Shown here one piece after another: positions 8,767 through 17,392 of a stretch of 32,000 nt of DNA. Origin of the DNA: Synechococcus sp. A15-28 (GTDB lineage: Bacteria > Cyanobacteriota > Cyanobacteriia > PCC-6307 > Cyanobiaceae). The notes under the pieces were generated by a model that made no database searches, was not told the DNA's origin, and saw only the letters and a program-made list of their open reading frames with translations. Each line of letters starts with the position of its first letter. The stretch's first letter is position 1. The position numbers and the translations under genes were made by a program. The DNA lies in NCBI RefSeq assembly GCF_014280175.1, contig NZ_CP047931.1, forward strand, positions 1,230,001 through 1,262,000. Reading direction: 5' to 3'.

Positions 8767-8818
8767 GAAAGCTCACGGCAGCCTGCAGATTGCTCTCTTG
8801 ACCATCCTCGACACACGA

Positions 8819-9679
8819 ATGCCACGGGAGCCCTTGGCAAGCCAACCCCCACCAGCCCTAGTCCTTGGCATCGACGCCGCCTGGACGGCCCACAACCCCA
8901 GTGGAGTGGCGCTGTTGCAACGGGCCGCTGAAGGTTGGCAGTGCCTGGCCCTGGCCACCAGTTATGAGGCCTTTCTTGCCCTGGCTGCGGGCCAACCCTG
9001 GGACCAGAACAGGAAAGCCCAGGGCAGTGAGCCCGATCCCGCCGCTCTGCTGGAGGCCTGCAAACAACTTGCGGGGCAACCCGTGGACTGCGTGTCGGTC
9101 GACATGCCCCTGGCAACGACTTCCATCACCAGCCGTCGGGCCGCCGACACCGCCATCGCTAGCCGCTTCGGGCCGAAGGGTTGCGCCGTGCATAGCCCAT
9201 CAGCCGAACGCCCCGGTGCCATCGCCGATCAGCTGCGTGAACGCTTCGCCGAACTCGGCGTTGCCCTGCACACCACAACTCCAGCTCGCCAAGGGCCGGC
9301 CCTGATCGAGTGTTACCCCCATGTGGCCCTGCTGGCCTTGCTCAATCGCAACTACCGTGTGCCCTACAAGGTGAGCCGCTCAGCCCTGTACTGGAAGGCG
9401 GAGCGGCCTCCGGTTGCTGAACGGGTCAAGCGTCTGCTCGCTGAATTCACCGCCATCCACCAGGCCCTCAGCCAGCGCATCAGTGCCATCCCGCTCACCC
9501 TGCCCCAACCCCACGAGGTGACCACGCTCTCATCGCTCAAGCCCGTGGAAGACATGCTCGATGCCCTGATCTGCGCCTGGATCGGCATCGAACACCTCGA
9601 AGGCCGAACTGTTGGCCTGGGTGATGCCACTGCTGCCATCTGGGTGCCTCAGGCCCTGACCAACCACTCACCAAGGTGA
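8819..9679 (+). CDS. DUF429-like protein (predicted RNase H-fold)
   Basis: VLGIDAAW near the N-terminus and the overall length fit remembered DUF429. The track ORF starts at TTG 8798; the first ATG is 8819. Confidence 0.65.
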   Translation: MPREPLASQPPPALVLGIDAAWTAHNPSGVALLQRAAEGWQCLALATSYEAFLALAAGQPWDQNRKAQGSEPDPAALLEACKQLAGQPVDCVSVDMPLATTSITSRRAADTAIASRFGPKGCAVHSPSAERPGAIADQLRERFAELGVALHTTTPARQGPALIECYPHVALLALLNRNYRVPYKVSRSALYWKAERPPVAERVKRLLAEFTAIHQALSQRISAIPLTLPQPHEVTTLSSLKPVEDMLDALICAWIGIEHLEGRTVGLGDATAAIWVPQALTNHSPR

Positions 9680-9857
9680 GGCCAATCACAAACCTTAAGC
9701 ACCAACCAGGTGAACGACAAAACCGCCCAACCAGCCGATACTGACTGGAGAAGACAGGCGTTATGACCAGCTCGGCCCCGACAAGTGGACGTGACTGGAG
9801 CAAGCTTTTGATCTAACCCAAAATCGCTCACTCTCCTTTCTCAAACAACTCCCCGCC

Positions 9858-10088
9858 ATGAGCTCTTCCACCACCATGATCACCTGTACTCCGGGTGTGC
9901 GTAGTGGAAAGCCCTGCCTGGCTGGAACACGAATCAGCGTGTCTGATGTACTCGAATATCTCGCCAGTGGGATGAGCCAGGGCGAGATCCTGGCGGATTT
10001 CCCCGATCTGAAGCCAGAACACATTCAAGCCGTGCTGCGCTTCGCAGCAGAACGTGAAAAACGGCTCAGCGAACTCACCGTGGCGTGA
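9858..10088 (+). CDS. DUF433 antitoxin-like protein
   Basis: PGVRSGKPCLAGTRISVSDVLEYLASGMSQGEILADFPDLKPEHIQAVLRFA matches the DUF433 pattern. Confidence 0.8.
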   Translation: MSSSTTMITCTPGVRSGKPCLAGTRISVSDVLEYLASGMSQGEILADFPDLKPEHIQAVLRFAAEREKRLSELTVA

Positions 10089-10093
10089 GCGGC

Positions 10094-10258
10094 ATGAGCC
10101 TGCTGAGAGGTGCACCGCCGAAAGTGATCTGGCTCGTGGTGGGTAACACCAGCACGACAGAACTTCTCAGAATTTTGCTCGCTCACTCCACGGCGATCGA
10201 GACTTTTATCACCGAACCGGACACCTCCCTGCTCACGATCAGCAAGCCCCGTCCATGA
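10094..10258 (+). pseudogene. Truncated DUF5615 (PIN/Mut7-C-like toxin partner of DUF433), C-terminal half only
   Basis: The 54-codon ORF MSLLRGAPPKVIWLVVGNTSTTELLRILLAHSTAIETFITEPDTSLLTISKPRP corresponds to the C-terminal roughly half of DUF5615 proteins (remembered LLRGAPPKVIWLRLGN). The N-terminal acidic catalytic half is absent. Confidence 0.6.
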
Positions 10259-10283
10259 GCCTCTCCGCCACCACCAACAAACC

Positions 10284-10694
10284 ATGATCAGCGCCCTGCT
10301 CAACATCCTCTGGGTTGTGCTCGGAGGTTTCGTGATGGCCCTGGGCTAGTGGCTGGCCGGGCTGCTGTGCGCGATCACGATCATCGGGCTGCCCTGGGCG
10401 CGCTCCTGCTTTGTGATCGGCAGGTTCTCGCTATGGCCGTTCGGGCAGGAAGCCGTGAACCGCGAGGAATTGAGCGGACGCGGTGATCTGAGCACAGGGC
10501 CGCTGGGGCTGATCGGCAACGTGCTCTTGTTTCTGGTGGCGGGCTGGTGGTTGGCGATCGGCCACCTCAGCTCCGCCCTCGCCTGTTTCGTGAGCATCGT
10601 GGCCATTCCCTTCGGAATTCAGCACATCAAGCTGGCTTTGATCGCGTTGAAACCCGTTGGCATGACAGTGGTGCCGGTGCGGTCGGCGGGCTGA
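10284..10694 (+). pseudogene. yccF: yccF (DUF307 inner membrane protein) interrupted by an in-frame TAG
   Basis: The frame from ATG 10284 reads MISALLNILWVVLGGFVMALG*WLAGLLCAITIIGLPWARSC...SLWPFGQEA.... It is collinear with E. coli YccF, and the TAG at 10347-10349 aligns with the conserved Trp of LGW. The track only shows the distal part (10413..10694). Confidence 0.75.
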
Positions 10695-10700
10695 ATGGCC

Positions 10701-11309
10701 TCAATCCAGCGATGGCGGCGTGAAGGTGTCGGCCACCGCCACGATCCAACGGGCAGCAGCAGCCGCCACCTTTTCCTTGGTGACGTTGAACTCCAGGTCG
10801 TGGCCTGCGGAGAGCAGATCGGGAATGATCGTTTGCCAGGCCATGCCGGCGGCACTGGCTTTGAGATCACCGATCAGCACAAAAGCCTTGGCAGCACCGG
10901 CCACCGCAGCGGTGTACTCGGCATTGGCCGACACCTTGCTGCGATACCAGTCGCTCACCTGATCACGCTGGGCCTTGCTCAGAAACGGCGGTGCCCCCAC
11001 CAAATAGGCATCAAGCACCAGCATCGGGCTGGGCACGCTCTGGCCGGGATGCTTGAGCGCAAACCAGGCCTGGCCGATTGAGGCCGCATCGGGCCAATGG
11101 CAGAGGATCGCGGCGTCCTGACTGTCGAGTGAACGCTGCGCCGCCAGCGCATCAATGCGTTCGAGCAATTCCGGACCAGTGACCGGCGGCTCGGTGCGGG
11201 AGTGTTCAGCCCGGGCTTCATTGATCGCCTCAGCCACCGCCGCTTCGTTCTGCCCCAACTGCTGCAGAGCCCGCTTGAGGTTGGCATCGGCATCGGCGGG
11301 ACTGGTCAA
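10701..11309 (-). CDS. Hypothetical protein (202 aa)
   Basis: Long ORF with good GC3. The first codon is TTG. No family was recognised. Confidence 0.55.
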   Translation of the reverse strand: MTSPADADANLKRALQQLGQNEAAVAEAINEARAEHSRTEPPVTGPELLERIDALAAQRSLDSQDAAILCHWPDAASIGQAWFALKHPGQSVPSPMLVLDAYLVGAPPFLSKAQRDQVSDWYRSKVSANAEYTAAVAGAAKAFVLIGDLKASAAGMAWQTIIPDLLSAGHDLEFNVTKEKVAAAAARWIVAVADTFTPPSLD

Positions 11310-11339
11310 GGGTGATCGCGCAGGGGTGAATCCACGATG

Positions 11340-11744
11340 TCATTGATGATCATCTCGTCGTCGCAGGCGAGCCCCATCCCACGACGCTGTCGACAGGATG
11401 TCTCTCAGCTGATCAAGAACAGCTTGCTTTTGATCATTCCAAGCCCCCTGCTTCACAGTGATCAGATACTCATGTTGAACGCCAGTTCCCCTGATGCGTG
11501 AAGCTGCAATCGCCAGGTCGTCGTAACCAAGTGGGAAAGCAGCATCGGGAGTCAACCCGAGAATGCCCTCAGAAACGAACAGAAGAAAATCAAACAGCAC
11601 CGGGCTGAAGTATTCGTCATCCGGATTCAGGTCACCGCACGACACCATCTGGTCTCTGGTCTGCGGCGTATAGGTCACAAACGAGAAGCACAACGGATGG
11701 CCCGTGTTCTGCAGGTACAAACCTCTGAAACGCTGGCGACTCAT
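11340..11744 (-). CDS. Hypothetical protein (134 aa)
   Basis: The ATG overlaps the stop of the upstream ORF (ATGA at 11741-11744). GC is lower than in the neighbours. No family was recognised. Confidence 0.5.
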   Translation of the reverse strand: MSRQRFRGLYLQNTGHPLCFSFVTYTPQTRDQMVSCGDLNPDDEYFSPVLFDFLLFVSEGILGLTPDAAFPLGYDDLAIAASRIRGTGVQHEYLITVKQGAWNDQKQAVLDQLRDILSTASWDGARLRRRDDHQ

Positions 11745-11986
11745 CGGTGGGATTCCGGATTCATGCCAGGCCTTTGAGCCACATCACTGCGGGCGGGCTG
11801 CTTCATCACGTCAGGGCCAAGGTTGAGATCAGGCTTCAGCCGTAGGGCCATCCACAGAAGCATGGCGGCACACTCATCATCTGTGGAGCCGTAGTCGTAT
11901 TGCCAATCCTTCACCATCGCCACGAGCTCCTGCTGGGCATGGCGGATGAATTCATCAGTCCATTCCTGCATCCTCTTGCCCTCCAC
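11741..11986 (-). CDS. Hypothetical protein (76-81 aa)
   Basis: GTG at 11986 or ATG at 11971. It is translationally coupled to 11340..11744. Confidence 0.45.
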   Translation of the reverse strand: MEGKRMQEWTDEFIRHAQQELVAMVKDWQYDYGSTDDECAAMLLWMALRLKPDLNLGPDVMKQPARSDVAQRPGMNPESHR

Positions 11987-12021
11987 TCAGCGCAAGGCAT
12001 CAGCGCAAAGCAGACGCCATC

Positions 12022-12294
12022 TCAATCTTGATCAAGCTCGTCGTCTTGAACGTAGAAGGGTTCATCGATTCCGGGCTCATTGTTCTGCAGAACAAAATCT
12101 TTCAAACAATCATCGCTTTCAAACACAAACAGATCGTCCTGTTCAGGATGCACACCCTGCATCTCGGGATGGCGATTCACAAGACGCGTGATCTTGCGGC
12201 GCTCCCGCACAAATCCCGATCCCTTTTCAACCAGATAAACCAACAAAGCCAGGTCGACCAACACAAGAGTGACCATTTCCAATATCTGCATCAC
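12022..12294 (-). CDS. Hypothetical protein with an N-terminal TM helix and acidic tail
   Basis: MQILEMVTLVLVDLALLVYLV followed by a charged C-terminus (DDELDQD), in a low-GC segment. The ATG is at 12291. Confidence 0.4.
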   Translation of the reverse strand: MMQILEMVTLVLVDLALLVYLVEKGSGFVRERRKITRLVNRHPEMQGVHPEQDDLFVFESDDCLKDFVLQNNEPGIDEPFYVQDDELDQD

Positions 12295-12384
12295 GCGCGA
12301 ACCATCACTGAAATGACCCTAGCGAGAGAGCCATGAATGGCACTCAGCACAAACGCCTGAAACCAACAACAAACAACTACCGGC

Positions 12385-14028
12385 TCAACGTGAACCCGCG
12401 AACCAGGGCCAGCGCAGACCCGCCGCCTCCAGGGGATTCATCACCAGTTTGTTGAGGGCCCGGCCGAGCACCACCTGCGGTTCATCCGGGCGGATTGGAA
12501 TCACACGGTGTTCGTCGGAGCCCGTTCCGCGCACAACCCCTCGCCGCAGCAGCGAATTGGCCGCCTCCAGGCCGCACACATAGGCCCGCTCCTGACAAAG
12601 GCCCTTGGCGCCATGCTCCCGCTCCCCCATGCGCACCCAGTCGCCGGAGCACACCACCGCCTCAAGCGATGTCTCCAGCGGCGGGCGTTGCTGAAAGCTG
12701 CCGGGAGAAAACAACGACACCGATCCCGGATAACGCCGCACCTCCTGATCCACCACCTGCGCATGGCGGAAGGCCGATTGCACCTGCGGCAGCAACTGCT
12801 GCATCAAGGCATCAACGATCTCCTGATCGCTCTGCTCAGCAATGGCACTGGCGTTGTAGAAGTCGCTGGCGATCACTGACCCCTGCACCGGCTGATCCCC
12901 CCACAGGGCCTGCTCGTTGTCGGCCTGCAGTTGATCCAGCATGAAGAAGGTGGCGCCGGCCCCCTTCAAGGCCGCGAAACGGGAGAAGACATTGGCGGGA
13001 TCGTCAACGGCAATGGAGCGATCCAGCCACAGCCGCACCGACACCACATCGATCGCGCCGAGTCCACCGGCCCGCGCCAGCTCCGGTGCCAAGGCAGCGC
13101 ACTCCGCTGATCTGGCCATCAGAGACCCCATGCCTCGGGCCCCCACCGCCAGCACCACGGCATCCACGTCGTCGATCACACCCGTCTCGCCGGTCGCCAG
13201 CGATCGCGTCTCCAGCGAGTCAGTGGCACCGGTGGGGGAGACGTTCAAGCGTGAAGCAAACGTGCCGCCCAGGACCTGCAGCTGATGCGCATCGCAAAGA
13301 CGGCGGCTCAGGGGGGCAAGCAGTTGCTCACCGATGCTCTTGCACTTGATCCAGCGCACATCAAAGGAATCCTGGTGCGCCAGGGCGTAGTAGTAGAGCA
13401 GCTCCATCGTCACCGCCGCCGACAGCTCCTCCGGTGGCTTGAACAGTCCCACCAGCAGGATCGGCCGCAGGAACTCGTTGATCATCCGCTCGCTGATCCG
13501 CAGTTGCCGGAACAGCGTGAGCGCATCAAGGGCGTCGTAGCACTCATACACCGCAGGGCTGCGGTTCAGATCGAGCATCGCCACCAGCAGTCCGGCGATG
13601 CTGAGTCGATCGGCTACCGGCAGGCGCTTGAAATTGTTGATCGTGGCGAAGGCCTGCCCCAACGGACTGGGCAACTGCGGGCCATCACCAAATACCGGTG
13701 CCGTGGCCTCCAACCCCTGGGGCGACCAGAAGGCACTGCTGGTGAACGGGGTGAACACATCGCTCAGCCCAAGTTCTTCGCAGAGCGCATTGATGTTGGG
13801 GTAATCCCGCCAGAACCCGCGGGTGCCGGCTTCAAACGGCTTACCGCTGGCGGTGGTCAGCGGCGTGCTGCCGGTGGGATCCGCCAGGCCATCCACAAGG
13901 GTGACGCGCACCCCGGCTTCACAGAGCGCTTTGGCCGCACCCCATCCCCCCCAGCCGGCACCAACCACCACCACATGCGAAGGGTTGGCCGCCGATTGCT
14001 GCTGCACCGCCATCCCTGACCCCGCCAC
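12385..14028 (-). CDS. FAD-dependent oxidoreductase (amine oxidase / phytoene desaturase-like fold)
   Basis: N-terminal dinucleotide-binding motif VVVVGAGWGGWGAAKAL and a length of 547 aa. The track start is GTG at 14028; an ATG is at 14013. Confidence 0.82.
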   Translation of the reverse strand: MAGSGMAVQQQSAANPSHVVVVGAGWGGWGAAKALCEAGVRVTLVDGLADPTGSTPLTTASGKPFEAGTRGFWRDYPNINALCEELGLSDVFTPFTSSAFWSPQGLEATAPVFGDGPQLPSPLGQAFATINNFKRLPVADRLSIAGLLVAMLDLNRSPAVYECYDALDALTLFRQLRISERMINEFLRPILLVGLFKPPEELSAAVTMELLYYYALAHQDSFDVRWIKCKSIGEQLLAPLSRRLCDAHQLQVLGGTFASRLNVSPTGATDSLETRSLATGETGVIDDVDAVVLAVGARGMGSLMARSAECAALAPELARAGGLGAIDVVSVRLWLDRSIAVDDPANVFSRFAALKGAGATFFMLDQLQADNEQALWGDQPVQGSVIASDFYNASAIAEQSDQEIVDALMQQLLPQVQSAFRHAQVVDQEVRRYPGSVSLFSPGSFQQRPPLETSLEAVVCSGDWVRMGEREHGAKGLCQERAYVCGLEAANSLLRRGVVRGTGSDEHRVIPIRPDEPQVVLGRALNKLVMNPLEAAGLRWPWFAGSR

Positions 14029-14084
14029 CGCTGAAGGCCGACAAGCTAGGCAGGGTTCACCCTGGCCCCGAAGCCGCTGCCCTG

Positions 14085-15839
14085 ATGTTGCGTGCCCTGC
14101 TGCTGATCCTCGGCCTCTGCATCAGCAGCACCAGCGCAGCCGCCGCACCGGTGAGCCGCGACGACCCGGAATCCGCCGATCCCGGCCAAGCCGCCATCTC
14201 CACCGCCGCAGGTGATGCGGTGGTCGTTACCGCCAATCCCCGCGCCAGCCGGGCCGTTGTGGCAGTACTCAAGGCCGGCGGTTCGGCAGTGGATGCCCTG
14301 GTGAGCGCCCAGGCGGTGCTGGCCGTGGTGGAACCGCAGAGTTCCGGCCTGGCCGGTGGTGGTTTTCTGATGCACTGGGATGCCCGGCAGCAACAGCTGC
14401 AGGTGCTCGATGGCCGTGAGGTCGCCCCCCTGAGCAGCCGTCCGGACGATCTGCTGCAGCCCTCCGGCGAACCGCTGCCCTGGCGCGAGGCCACCAGCCG
14501 CCCGGAGGCCATCGGTGTGCCTGGCACCGTGGCTCTGCTCTGGGACGTCCATCAACAGCACGGTCGCCTGCCCTGGGCCACCACGTTGCAGCCGGCCATC
14601 CGTCTTGCCCGTGATGGGTTCCGCCCCAGCCCCCGCCTGCGCCGTTCCATCGGCATCGCCCAACGCATCGGCGTGGACCACAGCCCGGCCTTTCAGGCGC
14701 TGTATCTGCCCGGCGGCCAACCGCCTCCGGCCAACCGGCCCTTCCGCAATCCGGCCCTGGCCCGCACCCTGGAGCTGCTGGCCAAGGACGGCGGCCCGTC
14801 CTTCTACAAAGGCGAACTGGCCCAGCAGATCCTTGCCGGGATGGCTGCCCTGCAGACCGACCAGCCCGACTTCCGCGGCTGGAACCCTGCCGATCTGGCT
14901 GGCTACGCCGTGGTTCAGCGCTCACCGCTCTGCCACCGGCTGCGCAGCTACCGGCTCTGCACGGTGCCGCCACCGAGCAGCGGCGGGCTGGCGGTGTTGC
15001 AGACCCTGGCACTGCTGAACCAGAGCAACGCATTGAGCGACCCTGCCGATCCGCAGACCTGGCGGCTGCTGGCGCGAGCCCAGGCCTGGGCTGATGCCGA
15101 TCGCCTCTACTGGGTGCACGACCCCATGGATGGGGCCATTCCGACAGGCCCCTTGCTGGATCCCGTCTACATCCAGTCCCGCGCCATTGCCCTGCAGACC
15201 TCCCCCGCGGCTCGCCCGACTCCGGGGCTGCCCCCTGGCCTGGCGGCCTACCCCTATGCGCTGCCGGAGCAAAGCCGCGAACAGGGCACCACCCATCTGG
15301 CGATCGTCGATGGCCAGGGAAACCTCGCTGCTTACACCAGCTCGGTGGAAACGGTCTTCGGCAGCCGCCATCTCGTGGCGGGAATGGTGCTGAACAACCA
15401 GCTCACCGACTTTGCCTTCCGCCCCAGCATCAACGGCCAGCCGGTGGCCAACCGCCGCCGGCCCGGTCGTCGGCCGGTGTCGTCGATGGCTCCGATGATC
15501 GTGTTCGAGCGGGGACAACCGCTGCTGTCGGTCGGCAGTCCCGGCGGACGCAGCATCCCCCACGTGCTCAGCCGCGTGCTGCTGGCCTCCCTGATCTGGC
15601 GTGAGCCACCGACACGGGCCGTCGGGCTGCCGCATCTGTCGCGGCGCCGCAATGGATTGGTGCTGGAACAGGATCCGCCCCTCCCCTGGCCCGTTGCCCT
15701 CGACCAACTCACTCCCGGTGATCAACCGATCCGTCGCCAACGCCTAGGCAGCGGCACCGCCCTGCTGCAGAAGATCAACGGCCGCTGGCACGGAGCAGCC
15801 GACCCCCGCCGGGAGGGCACTGCCCTGTCAGCTGACTGA
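14085..15839 (+). CDS. ggt: Gamma-glutamyltranspeptidase
   Basis: Signal peptide, the autoprocessing/catalytic Thr context QGTTHLAIVD, and GSPGGRSI with other family blocks. Confidence 0.92.
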   Translation: MLRALLLILGLCISSTSAAAAPVSRDDPESADPGQAAISTAAGDAVVVTANPRASRAVVAVLKAGGSAVDALVSAQAVLAVVEPQSSGLAGGGFLMHWDARQQQLQVLDGREVAPLSSRPDDLLQPSGEPLPWREATSRPEAIGVPGTVALLWDVHQQHGRLPWATTLQPAIRLARDGFRPSPRLRRSIGIAQRIGVDHSPAFQALYLPGGQPPPANRPFRNPALARTLELLAKDGGPSFYKGELAQQILAGMAALQTDQPDFRGWNPADLAGYAVVQRSPLCHRLRSYRLCTVPPPSSGGLAVLQTLALLNQSNALSDPADPQTWRLLARAQAWADADRLYWVHDPMDGAIPTGPLLDPVYIQSRAIALQTSPAARPTPGLPPGLAAYPYALPEQSREQGTTHLAIVDGQGNLAAYTSSVETVFGSRHLVAGMVLNNQLTDFAFRPSINGQPVANRRRPGRRPVSSMAPMIVFERGQPLLSVGSPGGRSIPHVLSRVLLASLIWREPPTRAVGLPHLSRRRNGLVLEQDPPLPWPVALDQLTPGDQPIRRQRLGSGTALLQKINGRWHGAADPRREGTALSAD

Positions 15840-15878
15840 CGAATCCCAGCAGGATGGTGTTCCAAATGTGCGCTGCTG

Positions 15879-16076
15879 ATGAAGAGCTTCGAGGACACGG
15901 ACCCACGGCCCTACGACCGCCACCGCTATCGGGTGCAGTTCCGCGATGGCTCGTTCAAGGACACCGGCAGCTACGCCGAAGCCACCGATCTCTGGTACTC
16001 AAGTCGGATCAAGCCACGGGTGATTGAGGTGCTGCCCGCCACCAAACCATCCCGCCCGCGTGGCGGCTATGGCTGA
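15879..16076 (+). CDS. Small hypothetical protein (65 aa)
   Basis: ATG start and a plausible sequence (RYRVQFRDGSFKDTGSYAEATDLWY). No family was recognised. Confidence 0.5.
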   Translation: MKSFEDTDPRPYDRHRYRVQFRDGSFKDTGSYAEATDLWYSSRIKPRVIEVLPATKPSRPRGGYG

Positions 16077-16080
16077 GGCT

Positions 16081-16245
16081 TCAGTCAAGCGAAAACTCTC
16101 CGCGAAGAGCTCGCGCATCCTGAATGCGCTGCTCCTTTGCCAAAAGACGCAGCCGCGTGTTGAGCCAGAAGCGCAACCGATCGGACGACACCGACTTGTT
16201 CAGCAGCGCATCCGAAGGTTCAGGTTCACCGAAGGGAATCGTCAC
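16081..16245 (-). CDS. Possible small ORF (54 aa) coupled to the DUF427 gene
   Basis: The GTG start overlaps the DUF427 stop (GTGA at 16242-16245). The translation is VTIPFGEPEPSDALLNKSVSSDRLRFWLNTRLRLLAKEQRIQDARALRGEFSLD. A competing + strand ORF (16069..16272) has similar GC3, so this stays unresolved. Confidence 0.3.
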   Translation of the reverse strand: MTIPFGEPEPSDALLNKSVSSDRLRFWLNTRLRLLAKEQRIQDARALRGEFSLD

Positions 16246-16526
16246 TTCAGCTCCACCCCTTTGCCCCGGTAGAAGGCGAAGCGTTCACGGATTGATTCGG
16301 CGTCTGGCTTGGGGGTGTCGTAGGCCCAAACGGCGTTGCGGATCACCTGATCGCCAACCACCACATCCCAGTAGCGAGCCGTGCCTTTCCATCCACAGAC
16401 CGTGGTGTGATCGGACGCGCGGAAGAACTCCTCTGCCATAGCAGCGCGGGGGAAATAGGGGTTGCCATCCACCATCACGATGTCATCGCTGTCAGCCAGG
16501 ACCGTGCCGTTGAAGATCGCCTGCAT
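16242..16526 (-). CDS. DUF427 protein
   Basis: CGWKGTARYWDV and the overall 94-aa pattern match remembered DUF427. Confidence 0.8.
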   Translation of the reverse strand: MQAIFNGTVLADSDDIVMVDGNPYFPRAAMAEEFFRASDHTTVCGWKGTARYWDVVVGDQVIRNAVWAYDTPKPDAESIRERFAFYRGKGVELK

Positions 16527-16576
16527 GATCTGGCACCGTTCGTCGCTGGGCGCAGGCTAGAAAATCTGTCCCGGAA

Positions 16577-16792
16577 TCAGTTGTATTCACCAGGCGTCTC
16601 CTGCTTGGACACCGTCACCCGCCCCACCTTGTTGCCGGAGAACCGCAGCAATTCATCCCCGCTGAAGGAATAGCCCAGCCCGCCGGCAATCTTGGCGACA
16701 TCATCGGCTGTGGATGCCGCCAGCACTGACTGCTTCAGGGCCTCGTCGTCCTGCAGACGCAGCAGGAAGCCTTTCAGTTGATCGAGAGCCAT
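16577..16792 (-). CDS. Nif11-domain small protein (71 aa)
   Basis: Starting at the internal ATG 16792, MALDQLKGFLLRLQDDEALKQSVLAASTADDVAKIAGGLGYSFSGDELL is the Nif11 N-terminal domain pattern. A short tail follows (RFSGNKVGRVTVSKQETPGEYN). Confidence 0.7.
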   Translation of the reverse strand: MALDQLKGFLLRLQDDEALKQSVLAASTADDVAKIAGGLGYSFSGDELLRFSGNKVGRVTVSKQETPGEYN

Positions 16793-16832
16793 CGCCCGCC
16801 TCAGCGAAGGGCCGTGAACCGTAAACGACGAC

Positions 16833-17009
16833 TCAGGATGCGATCGACAGATCCGAACCGTCATCGATCTGCAAGTGAGTCGTCAGACAAGTGGTGACAC
16901 AGGTCTGGTCATGGATGTCGCAGGCGCTGATGCAGACGAAATACTCATCGTGGGCCTGCCACCGTTCGCCAATGGATTGGTGTTGATGTTCCTGCTTGAG
17001 TGAGTACAT
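16833..17009 (-). CDS. Small Cys-rich ORF (58 aa)
   Basis: Sub-threshold ORF MYSLKQEHQHQSIGERWQAHDEYFVCISACDIHDQTCVTTCLTTHLQIDDGSDLSIAS with 4 Cys. It lies directly upstream of the Nif11-like gene and is preceded by an AT-rich region (17010-17130). Confidence 0.4.
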   Translation of the reverse strand: MYSLKQEHQHQSIGERWQAHDEYFVCISACDIHDQTCVTTCLTTHLQIDDGSDLSIAS

Positions 17010-17187
17010 CTGAATTCTTGCGAGTGCGACACCTTTACGAGCAGCCTTGATGGCTAGTCAATAAAAACATTGCGGAGAATAAAATACTTAGGGAAATAAT
17101 CTCAGGAAGAAATACTTATCCGGATCGTGAACAAGCCTTGCCGCCGGTTGTCATCTGGGCGACAAACCACAAGAGTGAAACCAGCGC

Positions 17188-17361
17188 ATGGACGAGGTCA
17201 TGGAATTCAAAAGCCGCATCTTTGCCAACTCACAAGGTCAAACAATCGACGCCGTTGGCAACGGCCGCTACCTGGTCTGCCATCAGACCAGCTGCGTCAT
17301 GGTGAAAGGCTGGCGCCAGGCCCAGACTGCCTTGAAACGCCAGGAGTCACCGATGGCATGA
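17188..17361 (+). CDS. Possible small ORF (57 aa)
   Basis: MDEVMEFKSRIFANSQGQTIDAVGNGRYLVCHQTSCVMVKGWRQAQTALKRQESPMA. GC3 is high, and it looks more protein-like than the listed 17127..17510 ORF in another frame. Confidence 0.35.
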   Translation: MDEVMEFKSRIFANSQGQTIDAVGNGRYLVCHQTSCVMVKGWRQAQTALKRQESPMA

Positions 17362-17392
17362 AGCAGGGCGAGCCACCTCCGGACGTCTGGCC

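Noticed and set aside
9742-9800. A direct repeat TGACTGGAG at 9742-9750 and 9792-9800, upstream of the DUF433 gene.
   Set aside because: It is only 9 nt, with no further copies or symmetry. That is too little to tell apart from chance without comparative data.
16577-16864. The Nif11-domain protein as a prochlorosin/lanthipeptide precursor.
   Set aside because: There is no double-glycine cleavage motif after the Nif11 domain, no Cys in the short C-terminal tail, and no LanM/ProcM-like synthetase or peptidase-domain transporter in the window.
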